This document shows, in pieces, positions 14,970 to 28,100 of a stretch of 64,000 nucleotides of DNA. The notes beneath the pieces are model-generated. The model saw only the letters and a list, made by a program, of their open reading frames with translations, searched no databases and was not told the DNA's origin. The DNA comes from Eledone cirrhosa (lineage: Eukaryota), in NCBI GenBank assembly GCA_964016885.1, contig OZ024744.1, forward strand, positions 4,464,001 through 4,528,000, in the 5' to 3' direction. The translations under genes and the position numbers were made by a program. Positions within the stretch are counted from its first letter, which is position 1. Each line of letters opens with the position of its first letter.

Positions 14970-17900
14970 GACAAGGTAGAGAAAGTTAGCTTGGTGAAGA
15001 ACGAAGTTTTGAGGGAAGACAAGGTACAGAAAGATAGCTTGGTGAAGAACGAAGTTTTGAGGGAAGACAAGGTAGAGAAAGATAGCTTGGTGAAGAACAA
15101 AATTTTGAGGGAAGACAAGGTAGAGAAAGATAGCTTGGTGAAGAACGAAGTTTTGAGGGAAGACAAGGTAGAGAAAGATAGCTTGTGAAGAACGTAGTTT
15201 TGGGGGAAGACAAGGTAGAGAATGATAGCTTGATGAGGAACGAACGAAGTGTTGAGGGAAGACAAGGTAGAGAAAGATAGCTTGGTGAAGAACGACGTTT
15301 TGAGGGAAGACAAAGTAGAGAACGATAGCTTGGTGAAGAACGATGTTTTGGGGGAAGACAAGGTAGAGAAAGATAGCTTGGTGAAGAACGAAGTTTTGAG
15401 GGAAGACAAGGTAGAGAAAGATAGCTTGGTGAAGAACGATGTTTTGGGGGAAGACAAGGTAGAGAAAGATAGCTTGGTGAAGAACGAAGTTTTGAGGGAA
15501 GACAAGGTAGAGAAAGATAGCTTGGTGAAGAACGAAGTTTTGAGGGAAGACAAGGTAGAGAAAGATAGCTTGGTGAAGAACAAAGTTTTGAGGGAAGACA
15601 AGGTAGAGAAAGATAGCTTAATCAAGAACGAAGTTTTGAGGGAAGACAAGGTAGAGAAGGATAGCTTGTGAAGAACGAAGTTTTGGGGGAAGACAAGGTA
15701 GAGAAAGATAGCTTGGTGAAGAACGAACGACGTTTTGAGGGAAGACAAGGTAGAGAAGGATAGCTAGGTGAAGAACGACGTTTTGAGGGAAGACAAAGTA
15801 GAGAACGTTAGCTTGATGAAGAACGGAGTTTTGAGGGAAGACAAGGTAGAGAAAGATAGCTTGGTGAAGAACGAAGTTTTGAGGGAAGACAAGGTAGAGA
15901 AAGATAGTTTGGTGAAGAACGAAGTTTTGGGGGGAAAAATGGTAGAGAAAGATAGCTTGGTGAAGAACGAAGTTTTGAGGGAAGACAAGGTAGAGAAAGA
16001 TAGCTTGGTGAAGAACGAAGTTTTGAGGGAAGACAAGGTAGAGAAAGATAGCTTGGTGAAGAACGAAGTTTTGAGGGAAGACAAGGTAGAGAAAGATAGC
16101 TTGGTGAAGAACGAAATTTTGAGGGAAGACAAGGTAGAGAAAGATAGCTTGGTGAAGAACGAAGTTTTGAGGGAAGACAAGGTAGAGAAAGTTAGCTTGG
16201 TGAAGAACGAAGTTTTGAGGGAAGACAAGGTAGAGTAAGATAGCTTGGTGAAGAACGAAGTTTTGAGGGAAGACAAGGTAGAGAAAGATAGCTTGGTGAA
16301 GAACGAAGTTTTGAGGGAAGACAAGGTAGAGAAAGATAGCTTGATGAAGAACGAAGTTTTGAGGGAAGACAAGGTAGAGAAAGATAGCTTGATCAAGAAC
16401 GAAGTTTTGAGGGAAGACAAGGTAGAGAAGGATAGCTTGTGAAGAACGAGGTTTTTGGGGAAGACAAGGTAAAGAAAGATAGCTTGGTGAAGAACGAACG
16501 ACGTTTTGAGGGAAGACAAGGTAGAGAAAGATAGCTAGGTGAAGAACGACGTTTTGAGGGAAGACAAAGTAGAGAACGATAGCTTGATGAAGAACGGAGT
16601 TTTGAGGGAAGACAAGGTAGAGAAAGATAGCTTGGTGAAGAACGAAGTTTTGAGGGAAGACAAGGTAGAGAAAGATAGTTTGGTGAAGAACGAAGTTTTG
16701 GGGGAAAAAAAGGTAGAGAAATATAGCTTGGTGAAGAACGAAGTTTTGAGGGAAGACAAGGTAGAGAAAGATAGCTTGATGAAGAACGAAGTTTTGAGGG
16801 AAGACAAGGTAGAGAAAGATAGCTTGATCAAGAACGAAGTTTTGAGGGAAGACAAGGTAGAGAAGGATAGCTTGTGAAGAACGAAGTTTTGGGGGAAGAC
16901 AAGGTAAAGAAAGATAGCTTGGTGAAGAACGAACGACGTTTTGAGGGAAGACAAGGTAGAGAAAGATAGCTAGGTGAAGAACGACGTTTTGAGGGAAGAC
17001 AAAGTAGAGAACGATAGCTTGATGAAGAACGGAGTTTTGAGGGAAGACAAGGTAGAGAAAGATAGCTTGGTGAAGAACGAAGTTTTGAGGGAAGACAAGG
17101 TAGAGAAAGATAGTTTGGTGAAGAACGAAGTTTTGGGGGAAAAAAAGGTAGAGAAATATAGCTTGGTGAAGAACGAAGTTTTGAGGGAAGACAAGGTAGA
17201 GAAAGATAGCTTGATGAAGAACGAAGTTTTGAGGGAAGACAAGGTAGAGAAAGTTAGCTTGGTGAAGAACGAAGTTTTGAGGGAAGACAAGGTAGAGAAA
17301 TATAGCTTGGTGAAGAACGAAGTTTTGAGGGAAGACAAGGTAGAGAAAGATAGCTTGGTGAAGAACGAAATTTTGAGGGAAGACAAGGTAGAGAAAGATA
17401 GCTTGGTGAAGAACGAAGTTTTGAGGGAAGACAAGGTAGAGAAAGATAGCTTGTGAAGAACGTAGTTTTGGGGGAAGACAAGGTAGAGAATGATAGCTTG
17501 ATGAAGAACGAACGAAGTGTTGAGGGAAGACAAGGTAGAGAAAGATAGCTTGGTGAAGAACGACGTTTTGAGGGAAGACAAAGTAGAGAACGATAGCTTG
17601 ATGAAGAACGGAGTTTTGAGGGAAGACAAGGTAGAGAAAGATAGCTTGGTGAATAACGAAGTTTTGAGGGAAGACAAGGTAAAGAAAGATAGCTTGGTGA
17701 AGAACGATGTTTTGGGGGAAGACAAGGTAGAGAAAGATAGCTTGGTGAAGAACGAAGTTTTGAGGGAAGACAAGGTAGAGAAAGTTAGCTTGGTGAAGAA
17801 CGAAGTTTTGAGGGAAGACAAGGTACAGAAAGATAGCTTGGTGAAGAACGAAGTTTTGAGGGAAGACAAGGTAGAGAAAGATAGCTTGGTGAAGAACAAA

Positions 17901-20570
17901 ATTTTGAGGGAAGACAAGGTAGAGAAAGATAGCTTGGTGAAGAACGAAGTTTTGAGGGAAGACAAGGTAGAGAAAGATAGCTTGTGAAGAACGTAGTTTT
18001 GGGGGAAGACAAGGTAGAGAATGATAGCTTGATGAAGAACGAACGAAGTGTTGAGGGAAGACAAGGTAGAGAAAGATAGCTTGGTGAAGAACGACGTTTT
18101 GAGGGAAGACAAAGTAGAGAACGATAGCTTGGTGAAGAACGATGTTTTGGGGGAAGACAAGGTAGAGAAAGATAGCTTGGTGAAGAACGAAGTTTTGAGG
18201 GAAGACAAGGTAGAGAAAGATAGCTTGGTGAAGAACGATGTTTTGGGGGAAGACAAGGTAGAGAAAGATAGCTTGGTGAAGAACGAAGTTTTGAGGGAAG
18301 ACAAGGTAGAGAAAGATAGCTTGGTGAAGAACGAAGTTTTGAGGGAAGACAAGGTAGAGAAAGATAGCTTGGTGAAGAACAAAGTTTTGAGGGAAGACAA
18401 GGTAGAGAAAGATAGCTTAATCAAGAACGAAGTTTTGAGGGAAGACAAGGTAGAGAAGGATAGCTTGTGAAGAACGAAGTTTTGGGGGAAGACAAGGTAG
18501 AGAAAGATAGCTTGGTGAAGAACGAACGACGTTTTGAGGGAAGACAAGGTAGAGAAGGATAGCTAGGTGAAGAACGACGTTTTGAGGGAAGACAAAGTAG
18601 AGAACGTTAGCTTGATGAAGAACGGAGTTTTGAGGGAAGACAAGGTAGAGAAAGATAGCTTGGTGAAGAACGAAGTTTTGAGGGAAGACAAGGTAGAGAA
18701 AGATAGTTTGGTGAAGAACGAAGTTTTGGGGGGAAAAAAGGTAGAGAAAGATAGCTTGGTGAAGAACGAAGTTTTGAGGGAAGACAAGGTAGAGAAAGAT
18801 AGCTTGGTGAAGAACGAAGTTTTGAGGGAAGACAAGGTAGAGAAAGATAGCTTGGTGAAGAACGAAGTTTTGAGGGAAGACAAGGTAGAGAAAGATAGCT
18901 TGGTGAAGAACGAAATTTTGAGGGAAGACAAGGTAGAGAAAGATAGCTTGGTGAAGAACGAAGTTTTGAGGGAAGACAAGGTAGAGAAAGTTAGCTTGGT
19001 GAAGAACGAAGTTTTGAGGGAAGACAAGGTAGAGTAAGATAGCTTGGTGAAGAACGAAGTTTTGAGGGAAGACAAGGTAGAGAAAGATTGCTTGGTGAAG
19101 AACGAAGTTTTGAGGGAAGACAAGGTAGAGAAAGATAGCTTGATGAAGAACGAAGTTTTGAGGGAAGACAAGGTAGAGAAAGATAGCTTGATCAAGAACG
19201 AAGTTTTGAGGGAAGACAAGGTAGAGAAGGATAGCTTGTGAAGAACGAGGTTTTGGGGGAAGACAAGGTAAAGAAAGATAGCTTGGTGAAGAACGAACGA
19301 CGTTTTGAGGGAAGACAAGGTAGAGAAAGATAGCTAGGTGAAGAACGACGTTTTGAGGGAAGACAAAGTAGAGAACGATAGCTTGATGAAGAACGGAGTT
19401 TTGAGGGAAGACAAGGTAGAGAAAGATAGCTTGGTGAAGAACGAAGTTTTGAGGGAAGACAAGGTAGAGAAAGATAGTTTGGTGAAGAACGAAGTTTTGG
19501 GGGAAAAAAAGGTAGAGAAATATAGCTTGGTGAAGAACGAAGTTTTGAGGGAAGACAAGGTAGAGAAAGATAGCTTGATGAAGAACGAAGTTTTGAGGGA
19601 AGACAAGGTAGAGAAAGATAGCTTGATCAAGAACGAAGTTTTGAGGGAAGACAAGGTAGAGAAGGATAGCTTGTGAAGAACGAAGTTTTGGGGGAAGACA
19701 AGGTAAAGAAAGATAGCTTGGTGAAGAACGAACGACGTTTTGAGGGAAGACAAGGTAGAGAAAGATAGCTAGGTGAAGAACGACGTTTTGAGGGAAGACA
19801 AAGTAGAGAACGATAGCTTGATGAAGAACGGAGTTTTGAGGGAAGACAAGGTAGAGAAAGATAGCTTGGTGAAGAACGAAGTTTTGAGGGAAGACAAGGT
19901 AGAGAAAGATAGTTTGGTGAAGAACGAAGTTTTGGGGGAAAAAAAGGTAGAGAAATATAGCTTGGTGAAGAACGAAGTTTTGAGGGAAGACAAGGTAGAG
20001 AAAGATAGCTTGATGAAGAACGAAGTTTTGAGGGAAGACAAGGTAGAGAAAGTTAGCTTGGTGAAGAACGAAGTTTTGAGGGAAGACAAGGTAGAGAAAT
20101 ATAGCTTGGTGAAGAACGAAGTTTTGAGGGAAGACAAGGTAGAGAAAGATAGCTTGGTGAAGAACGAAATTTTGAGGGAAGACAAGGTAGAGAAAGAGAG
20201 CTTGGTGAAGAACGAAGTTTTGAGGGAAGACAAGGTAGAGAAAGATAGCTTGTGAAGAACGTAGTTTTGGGGGAAGACAAGGTAGAGAATGATAGCTTGA
20301 TGAAGAACGAACGAAGTGTTGAGGGAAGACAAGGTAGAGAAAGATAGCTTGGTGAAGAACGACGTTTTGAGGGAAGACAAAGTAGAGAACGATAGCTTGA
20401 TGAAGAACGGAGTTTTGAGGGAAGACAAGGTAGAGAAAGATAGCTTGGTGAATAACGAAGTTTTGAGGGAAGACAAGGTAAAGAAAGATAGCTTGGTGAA
20501 GAACGATGTTTTGGGGGAAGACAAGGTAGAGAAAGATAGCTTGGTGAAGAACGAAGTTTTGAGGGAAGAC
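14970..20570. repeat. 2799-bp tandem block duplication inside the 48-bp array
   Basis: ORF-track landmarks repeat at exactly 2799 bp (14986/17785, 15249/18048, 15768/18567, 16245/19044, 16539/19338, 16974/19773, 17517/20316). Shared rare variants include GGTACAG, AACAAAATT and AACGTTAGC. Boundaries are approximate. Confidence 0.85.
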
Positions 20571-23500
20571 AAGGTAGAGAAAGATAGCTTGGTGAAGAAC
20601 GAAGTTTTGAGGGAAGACAAGGTAGAGAAAGATAGCTTGGTGAAGAACAAAGTTTTGAGGGAAGACAAGGTAGAGAAAGATAGCTTAATCAAGAACGAAG
20701 TTTTGAGGGAAGACAAGGTAGAGAAGGATAGCTTGTGAAGAACGAAGTTTTGGGGGAAGACAAGGTAGAGAAAGATAGCTTGGTGAAGAACGAACGACGT
20801 TTTGAGGGAAGACAAGGTAGAGAAGGATAGCTTGGTGAAGAACGAAGTTTTGAGGGAAGACAAGGTAGAGAAAGATAGCTTGGTGAAGAACGAAATTTTG
20901 AGGGAAGACAAGGTAGAGAAAGATAGCTTGGTGAAGAACGAAGTTTTGAGGGAAGACAAGGTAGAGAAAGATAGCTTGTGAAGAACGTAGTTTTGGGGGA
21001 AGACAAGGTAGAGAATGATAGCTTGATGAAGAACGAACGAAGTGTTGAGGGAAGACAAGGTAGAGAAAGATAGCTTGGTGAAGAACGACGTTTTGAGGGA
21101 AGACAAAGTAGAGAACGATAGCTTGATGAAGAACGGAGTTTTGAGGGAAGACAAGGTAGAGAAAGATAGCTTGGTGAAGAACGATGTTTTGGGGGAAGAC
21201 AAGGTAGAGAAAGATAGCTTGGTGAAGAACGAAGTTTTGAGGGAAGACAAGGTAGAGAAAGATAGCTTGGTGAAGAACGAAGTTTTGAGGGAAGACAAGG
21301 TAGAGAAAGATAGCTTGGTGAAGAACAAAGTTTTGAGGGAAGACAAGGTAGAGAAAGATAGCTTAATCAAGAACGAAGTTTTGAGGGAAGACAAGGTAGA
21401 GAAGGATAGCTTGTGAAGAACGAAGTTTTGGGGGAAGACAAGGTAGAGAAAGATAGCTTGGTGAAGAACGAACGACGTTTTGAGGGAAGACAAGGTAGAG
21501 AAGGATAGCTAGGTGAAGAACGACGTTTTGAGGGAAGACAAAGTAGAGAACGATAGCTTGATGAAGAACGGAGTTTTGAGGGAAGACAAGGTAGAGAAAG
21601 ATAGCTTGATCAAGAACGAAGTTTTGAGGGAAGACAAGGTAGAGGAGGATAGCTTGTGAAGAACGAAGTTTTGGGGGAAGACAAGGTAAAGAAAGATAGC
21701 TTGGTGAAGAACGAACGACGTTTTGAGGGAAGACAAGGTAGAGAAAGATAGCTAGGTGAAGAACGACGTTTTGAGGGAAGACAAAGTAGAGAACGATAGC
21801 TTGATGAAGAACGGAGTTTTGAGGGAAGACAAGGTAGAGAAAGATAGCTTGGTGAAGAACGAAGTTTTGAGGGAAGACAAGGTAGAGAAAGATAGTTTGG
21901 TGAAGAACGAAGTTTTGGGGGAAAAAAAGGTAGAGAAATATAGCTTGGTGAAGAACGAAGTTTTGAGGGAAGACAAGGTAGAGAAAGATAGCTTGATGAA
22001 GAACGAAGTTTTGAGGGAAGACAAGGTAGAGAAAGTTAGCTTGGTGAAGAACGAAGTTTTGAGGGAAGACAAGGTAGAGAAAGATAGCTTGGTGAAGAAC
22101 GAAGTTTTGAGGGAAGACAAGGTAGAGAAAGATAGCTTGGTGAAGAACGAAGTTTTGAGGGAAGACAAGGTAGAGAAAGATAGCTTGATGAAGAACGAAG
22201 TTTTGAGGGAAGACAAGGTAGAGAAAGTTAGCTTGGTGAAGAACGAAGTTTTGAGGGAAGACAAGGTACAGAAAGATAGCTTGGTGAAGAACGAAGTTTT
22301 GAGGGAAGACAAGGTAGAGAAAGATAGCTTGGTGAAGAACGAAATTTTGAGGGAAGACAAGGTAGAGAAAGATAGCTTGGTGAAGAACGAAGTTTTGAGG
22401 GAAGACAAGGTAGAGAAAGATAGCTTGTGAAGAACGTAGTTTTGGGGGAAGACAAGGTAGAGAATGATAGCTTGATGAAGAACGAACGAAGTGTTGAGGG
22501 AAGACAAGGTAGAGAAAGATAGCTTGGTGAAGAACGACGTTTTGAGGGAAGACAAAGTAGAGAACGATAGCTTGATGAAGAACGGAGTTTTGAGGGAAGA
22601 CAAGGTAGAGAAAGATAGCTTGGTGAATAACGAAGTTTTGAGGGAAGACAAGGTAAAGAAAGATAGCTTGGTGAAGAACGATGTTTTGGGGGAAGACAAG
22701 GTAGAGAAAGATAGCTTGGTGAAGAACGAAGTTTTGAGGGAAGACAAGGTAGAGAAAGATAGCTTGGTGAAGAACGAAGTTTTGAGGGAAGACAAGGTAG
22801 AGAAAGATAGCTTGGTGAATAACGAAGTTTTGAGGGAAGACAAGGTAAAGAAAGATAGCTTGGTGAAGAACGATGTTTTGGGGGAAGACAAGGTAGAGAA
22901 AGATAGCTTGGTGAAGAACGAAGTTTTGAGGGAAGACAAGGTAGAGAAAGATAGCTTGGTGAAGAACGAAGTTTTGAGGGAAGACAAGGTAGAGAAAGAT
23001 AGCTTGGTGAAGAACAAAGTTTTGAGGGAAGACAAGGTAGAGAAAGATAGCTTAATCAAGAACGAAGTTTTGAGGGAAGACAAGGTAGAGAAGGATAGCT
23101 TGTGAAGAACGAAGTTTTGGGGGAAGACAAGGTAGAGAAAGATAGCTTGGTGAAGAACGAACGACGTTTTGAGGGAAGACAAGGTAGAGAAGGATAGCTT
23201 GGTGAAGAACGAAGTTTTGAGGGAAGACAAGGTAGAGAAAGATAGCTTGGTGAAGAACGAAATTTTGAGGGAAGACAAGGTAGAGAAAGATAGCTTGGTG
23301 AAGAACGAAGTTTTGAGGGAAGACAAGGTAGAGAAAGATAGCTTGTGAAGACGTAGTTTTGGGGGAAGACAAGGTAGAGAATGATAGCTTGATGAAGAAC
23401 GAACGAAGTGTTGAGGGAGGACAAGGTAGAGAAAGATAGCTTGGTGAAGAACGACGTTTTGAGGGAAGACAAAGTAGAGAACGATAGCTTGATGAAGAAC

Positions 23501-25150
23501 GGAGTTTTGAGGGAAGACAAGGTAGAGAAAGATAGCTTGGTGAAGAACGATGTTTTGGGGGAAGACAAGGTAGAGAAAGATAGCTTGGTGAAGAACGAAG
23601 TTTTGAGGGAAGACAAGGTAGAGAAAGATAGCTTGGTGAAGAACGAAGTTTTGAGGGAAGACAAGGTAGAGAAAGATAGCTTGGTGAAGAACAAAGTTTT
23701 GAGGGAAGACAAGGTAGAGAAAGATAGCTTAATCAAGAACGAAGTTTTGAGGGAAGACAAGGTAGAGAAGGATAGCTTGTGAAGAACGAAGTTTTGGGGG
23801 AAGACAAGGTAGAGAAAGATAGCTTGGTGAAGAACGAACGACGTTTTGAGGGAAGACAAGGTAGAGAAGGATAGCTAGGTGAAGAACGACGTTTTGAGGG
23901 AAGACAAAGTAGAGAACGATAGCTTGATGAAGAACGGAGTTTTGAGGGAAGACAAGGTAGAGAAAGATAGCTTGATCAAGAACGAAGTTTTGAGGGAAGA
24001 CAAGGTAGAGGAGGATAGCTTGTGAAGAACGAAGTTTTGGGGGAAGACAAGGTAAAGAAAGATAGCTTGGTGAAGAACGAACGACGTTTTGAGGGAAGAC
24101 AAGGTAGAGAAAGATAGCTAGGTGAAGAACGACGTTTTGAGGGAAGACAAAGTAGAGAACGATAGCTTGATGAAGAACGGAGTTTTGAGGGAAGACAAGG
24201 TAGAGAAAGATAGCTTGGTGAAGAACGAAGTTTTGAGGGAAGACAAGGTAGAGAAAGATAGTTTGGTGAAGAACGAAGTTTTGGGGGAAAAAAAGGTAGA
24301 GAAATATAGCTTGGTGAAGAACGAAGTTTTGAGGGAAGACAAGGTAGAGAAAGATAGCTTGATGAAGAACGAAGTTTTGAGGGAAGACAAGGTAGAGAAA
24401 GTTAGCTTGGTGAAGAACGAAGTTTTGAGGGAAGACAAGGTAGAGAAAGATAGCTTGGTGAAGAACGAAGTTTTGAGGGAAGACAAGGTAGAGAAAGATA
24501 GCTTGGTGAAGAACGAAGTTTTGAGGGAAGACAAGGTAGAGAAAGATAGCTTGATGAAGAACGAAGTTTTGAGGGAAGACAAGGTAGAGAAAGTTAGCTT
24601 GGTGAAGAACGAAGTTTTGAGGGAAGACAAGGTACAGAAAGATAGCTTGGTGAAGAACGAAGTTTTGAGGGAAGACAAGGTAGAGAAAGATAGCTTGGTG
24701 AAGAACGAAATTTTGAGGGAAGACAAGGTAGAGAAAGATAGCTTGGTGAAGAACGAAGTTTTGAGGGAAGACAAGGTAGAGAAAGATAGCTTGTGAAGAA
24801 CGTAGTTTTGGGGGAAGACAAGGTAGAGAATGATAGCTTGATGAAGAACGAACGAAGTGTTGAGGGAAGACAAGGTAGATAAAGATAGCTTGGTGAAGAA
24901 CGACGTTTTGAGGGAAGACAAAGTAGAGAACGATAGCTTGATGAAGAACGGAGTTTTGAGGGAAGACAAGGTAGAGAAAGATAGCTTGGTGAATAACGAA
25001 GTTTTGAGGGAAGACAAGGTAAAGAAAGATAGCTTGGTGAAGAACGATGTTTTGGGGGAAGACAAGGTAGAGAAAGATAGCTTGGTGAAGAACGAAGTTT
25101 TGAGGGAAGACAAGGTAGAGAAAGATAGCTTGGTGAAGAACGAAGTTTTG
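20420..25150. repeat. ~2366-bp tandem block duplication inside the 48-bp array
   Basis: Landmarks at a 2366-bp offset (21042/23408, 21509/23875, 21756/24122, 22228/24594, 22491/24857); shared GAGGAGGAT and GGTACAG variants. Boundaries are approximate. Confidence 0.8.
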
Positions 25151-28100
25151 AGGGAAGACAAGGTAGAGAAAGATAGCTTGATGAAGAACGAAGTTTTGAG
25201 GGAAGACAAGGTAGAGAAAGATAGCTTGATCAAGAACGAAGTTTTGAGGGAAGACAAGGTAGAGAAGGATAGCTTGTGAAGAACGAAGTTTTGGGGGAAG
25301 ACAAGGTAAAGAAAGATAGCTTGGTGAAGAACGAACGACGTTTTGAGGGAAGACAAGGTAGAGAAGGATAGCTAGGTGAAGAACGACGTTTTGAGGGAAG
25401 ACAAAGTAGAGAACGATAGCTTGATGAAGAACGGAGTTTTGAGGGAAGACAAGGTAGAGAAAGATAGTTTGGTGAAGAACGAAGTTTTGGGGGGAAAAAA
25501 GGTAGAGAAAGATAGCTTGGTGAAGAACGAAGTTTTGAGGGAAGACAAGGTAGAGAAAGATAGCTTGGTGAAGAACGAAGTTTTGAGGGAAGACAAGGTA
25601 GAGAAAGATAGCTTGGTGAAGAACGAAGTTTTGAGGGAAGACAAGGTAGAGAAAGATAGCTTGGTGAAGAACGAAATTTTGAGGGAAGACAAGGTAGAGA
25701 AAGATAGCTTGGTGAAGAACGAAGTTTTGAGGGAAGACAAGGTAGAGAAAGTTAGCTTGGTGAAGAACGAAGTTTTGAGGGAAGACAAGGTAGAGTAAGA
25801 TAGCTTGGTGAAGAACGAAGTTTTGAGGGAAGACAAGGTAGAGAAAGATAGCTTGGTGAAGAACGAAGTTTTGAGGGAAGACAAGGTAGAGAAAGATAGC
25901 TTGATGAAGAACGAAGTTTTGAGGGAAGACAAGGTAGAGAAAGATAGCTTGATCAAGAACGAAGTTTTGAGGGAAGACAAGGTAGAGAAGGATAGCTTGT
26001 GAAGAACGAGGTTTTGGGGGAAGACAAGGTAAAGAAAGATAGCTTGGTGAAGAACGAACGACGTTTTGAGGGAAGACAAGGTAGAGAAAGATAGCTAGGT
26101 GAAGAACGACGTTTTGAGGGAAGACAAAGTCGAGAACGATAGCTTGATGAAGAACGGAGTTTTGAGGGAAGACAAGATAGAGAAAGATGGCTTGGTGAAG
26201 AACGAAGTTTTGAGGGAAGACAAGGTAGAGAAAGATAGTTTGGTGAAGAACGAAGTTTTTGGGGAAAAAAAGGTAGAGAAATATAGCTTGGTGAAGAACG
26301 AAGTTTTGAGGGAAGACAAGGTAGAGAAAGATAGCTTGATGAAGAACGAAGTTTTGAGGGAAGACAAGGTAGAGAAAGTTAGCTTGGTGAAGAACGAAGT
26401 TTTGAGGGAAGACAAGGTAGAGAAAGATAGCTTGGTGAAGAACGAAGTTTTGAGGGAAGACAAGGTAGAGAAAGATAGCTTGGTGAAGAACGAAGTTTTG
26501 AGGGAAGACAAGGTAGAGAAAGATAGCTTGATGAAGAACGAAGTTTTGAGGGAAGACAAGGTAGAGAAAGTTAGCTTGGTGAAGAACGAAGTTTTGAGGG
26601 AAGACAAGGTAGAGAAAGATAGCTTGGTGAAGAACGAAGTTTTGAGGGAAGACAAGGTAGAGAAAGATAGCTTGATGAAGAACGAAGTTTTGAGGGAAGA
26701 CAAGGTAGAGAAAGTTAGCTTGGTGAAGAACGAAGTTTTGAGGGAAGACAAGGTAGAGAAAGATAGCTTGGTGAAGAACGAAGTTTTGAGGGAAGACAAG
26801 GTAGAGAAAGATAGCTTGGTGAAGAACGAAGTTTTGAGGGAAGACAAGGTAGAGAAAGATAGCTTGGTGAAGAACGAAGTTTTGAGGGAAGACAAGGTAG
26901 AGAAAGATAGCTTGGTGAAGAACGAAGTTTTGAGGGAAGACAAGGTAGAGAAAGATAGCTTGTGAAGAACGTAGTTTTGGGGGAAGACAAGGTAGAGAAT
27001 GATAGCTTGATGAAGAACGAACGAAGTGTTGAGGGAAGACAAGGTAGAGAAAGATAGCTTGGTGAAGAACGACGTTTTGAGGGAAGACAAAGTAGAGAAC
27101 GATAGCTTGATGAAGAACGGAGTTTTGAGGGAAGACAAGGTAGAGAAAGATAGCTTGGTGAATAACGAAGTTTTGAGGGAAGACAAGGTAAAGAAAGATA
27201 GCTTGGTGAAGAACGATGTTTTGGGGGAAGACAAGGTAGAGAAAGATAGCTTGGTGAAGGACGGAGTTTTGAGGGAAGACAAGGTAGAGAAAGATAGCTT
27301 GGTGAAGAACAAAGTTTTGAGGGAAGACAAGGTAGAGAAAGATAGCTTAATCAAGAACGAAGTTTTGAGGGAAGACAAGGTAGAGAAGGATAGCTTGTGA
27401 AGAACGAAGTTTTGGGGGAAGACAAGGTAGAGAAAGATAGCTTGGTGAAGGACGGAGTTTTGTGGGAAGACAAGGTAGAGTAAGATAGCTTGGTGAAGAA
27501 CGAAGTTTTGAGGGAAGACAAGGTAGAGAAAGATAGCTTGGTGAAGAACGAAGTTTTGAGGGAAGACAAGGTAGAGAAAGATAGCTTGGTGAAGAACAAA
27601 GTTTTGAGGGAAGACAAGGTAGAGAAAGATAGCTTAATCAAGAACGAAGTTTTGAGGGAAGACAAGGTAGAGAAGGATAGCTTGTGAAGAACGAAGTTTT
27701 GGGGGAAGACAAGGTAGAGAAAGATAGCTTGGTGAAGAACGAACGACGTTTTGAGGGAAGACAAGGTAGAGAAGGATAGCTAGGTGAAGAACGACGTTTT
27801 GAGGGAAGACAAAGTAGAGAACGATAGCTTGATGAAGAACGGAGTTTTGAGGGAAGACAAGGTAGAGAAAGATAGCTTGATCAAGAACGAAGTTTTGAGG
27901 GAAGACAAGGTAGAGAAGGATAGCTTGTGAAGAACGAAGTTTTGGGGGAAGACAAGGTAAAGAAAGATAGCTTGGTGAAGAACGAACGACGTTTTGAGGG
28001 AAGACAAGGTAGAGAAAGATAGCTAGGTGAAGAACGACGTTTTGAGGGAAGACAAAGTAGAGAACGATAGCTTGATGAAGAACGGAGTTTTGAGGGAAGA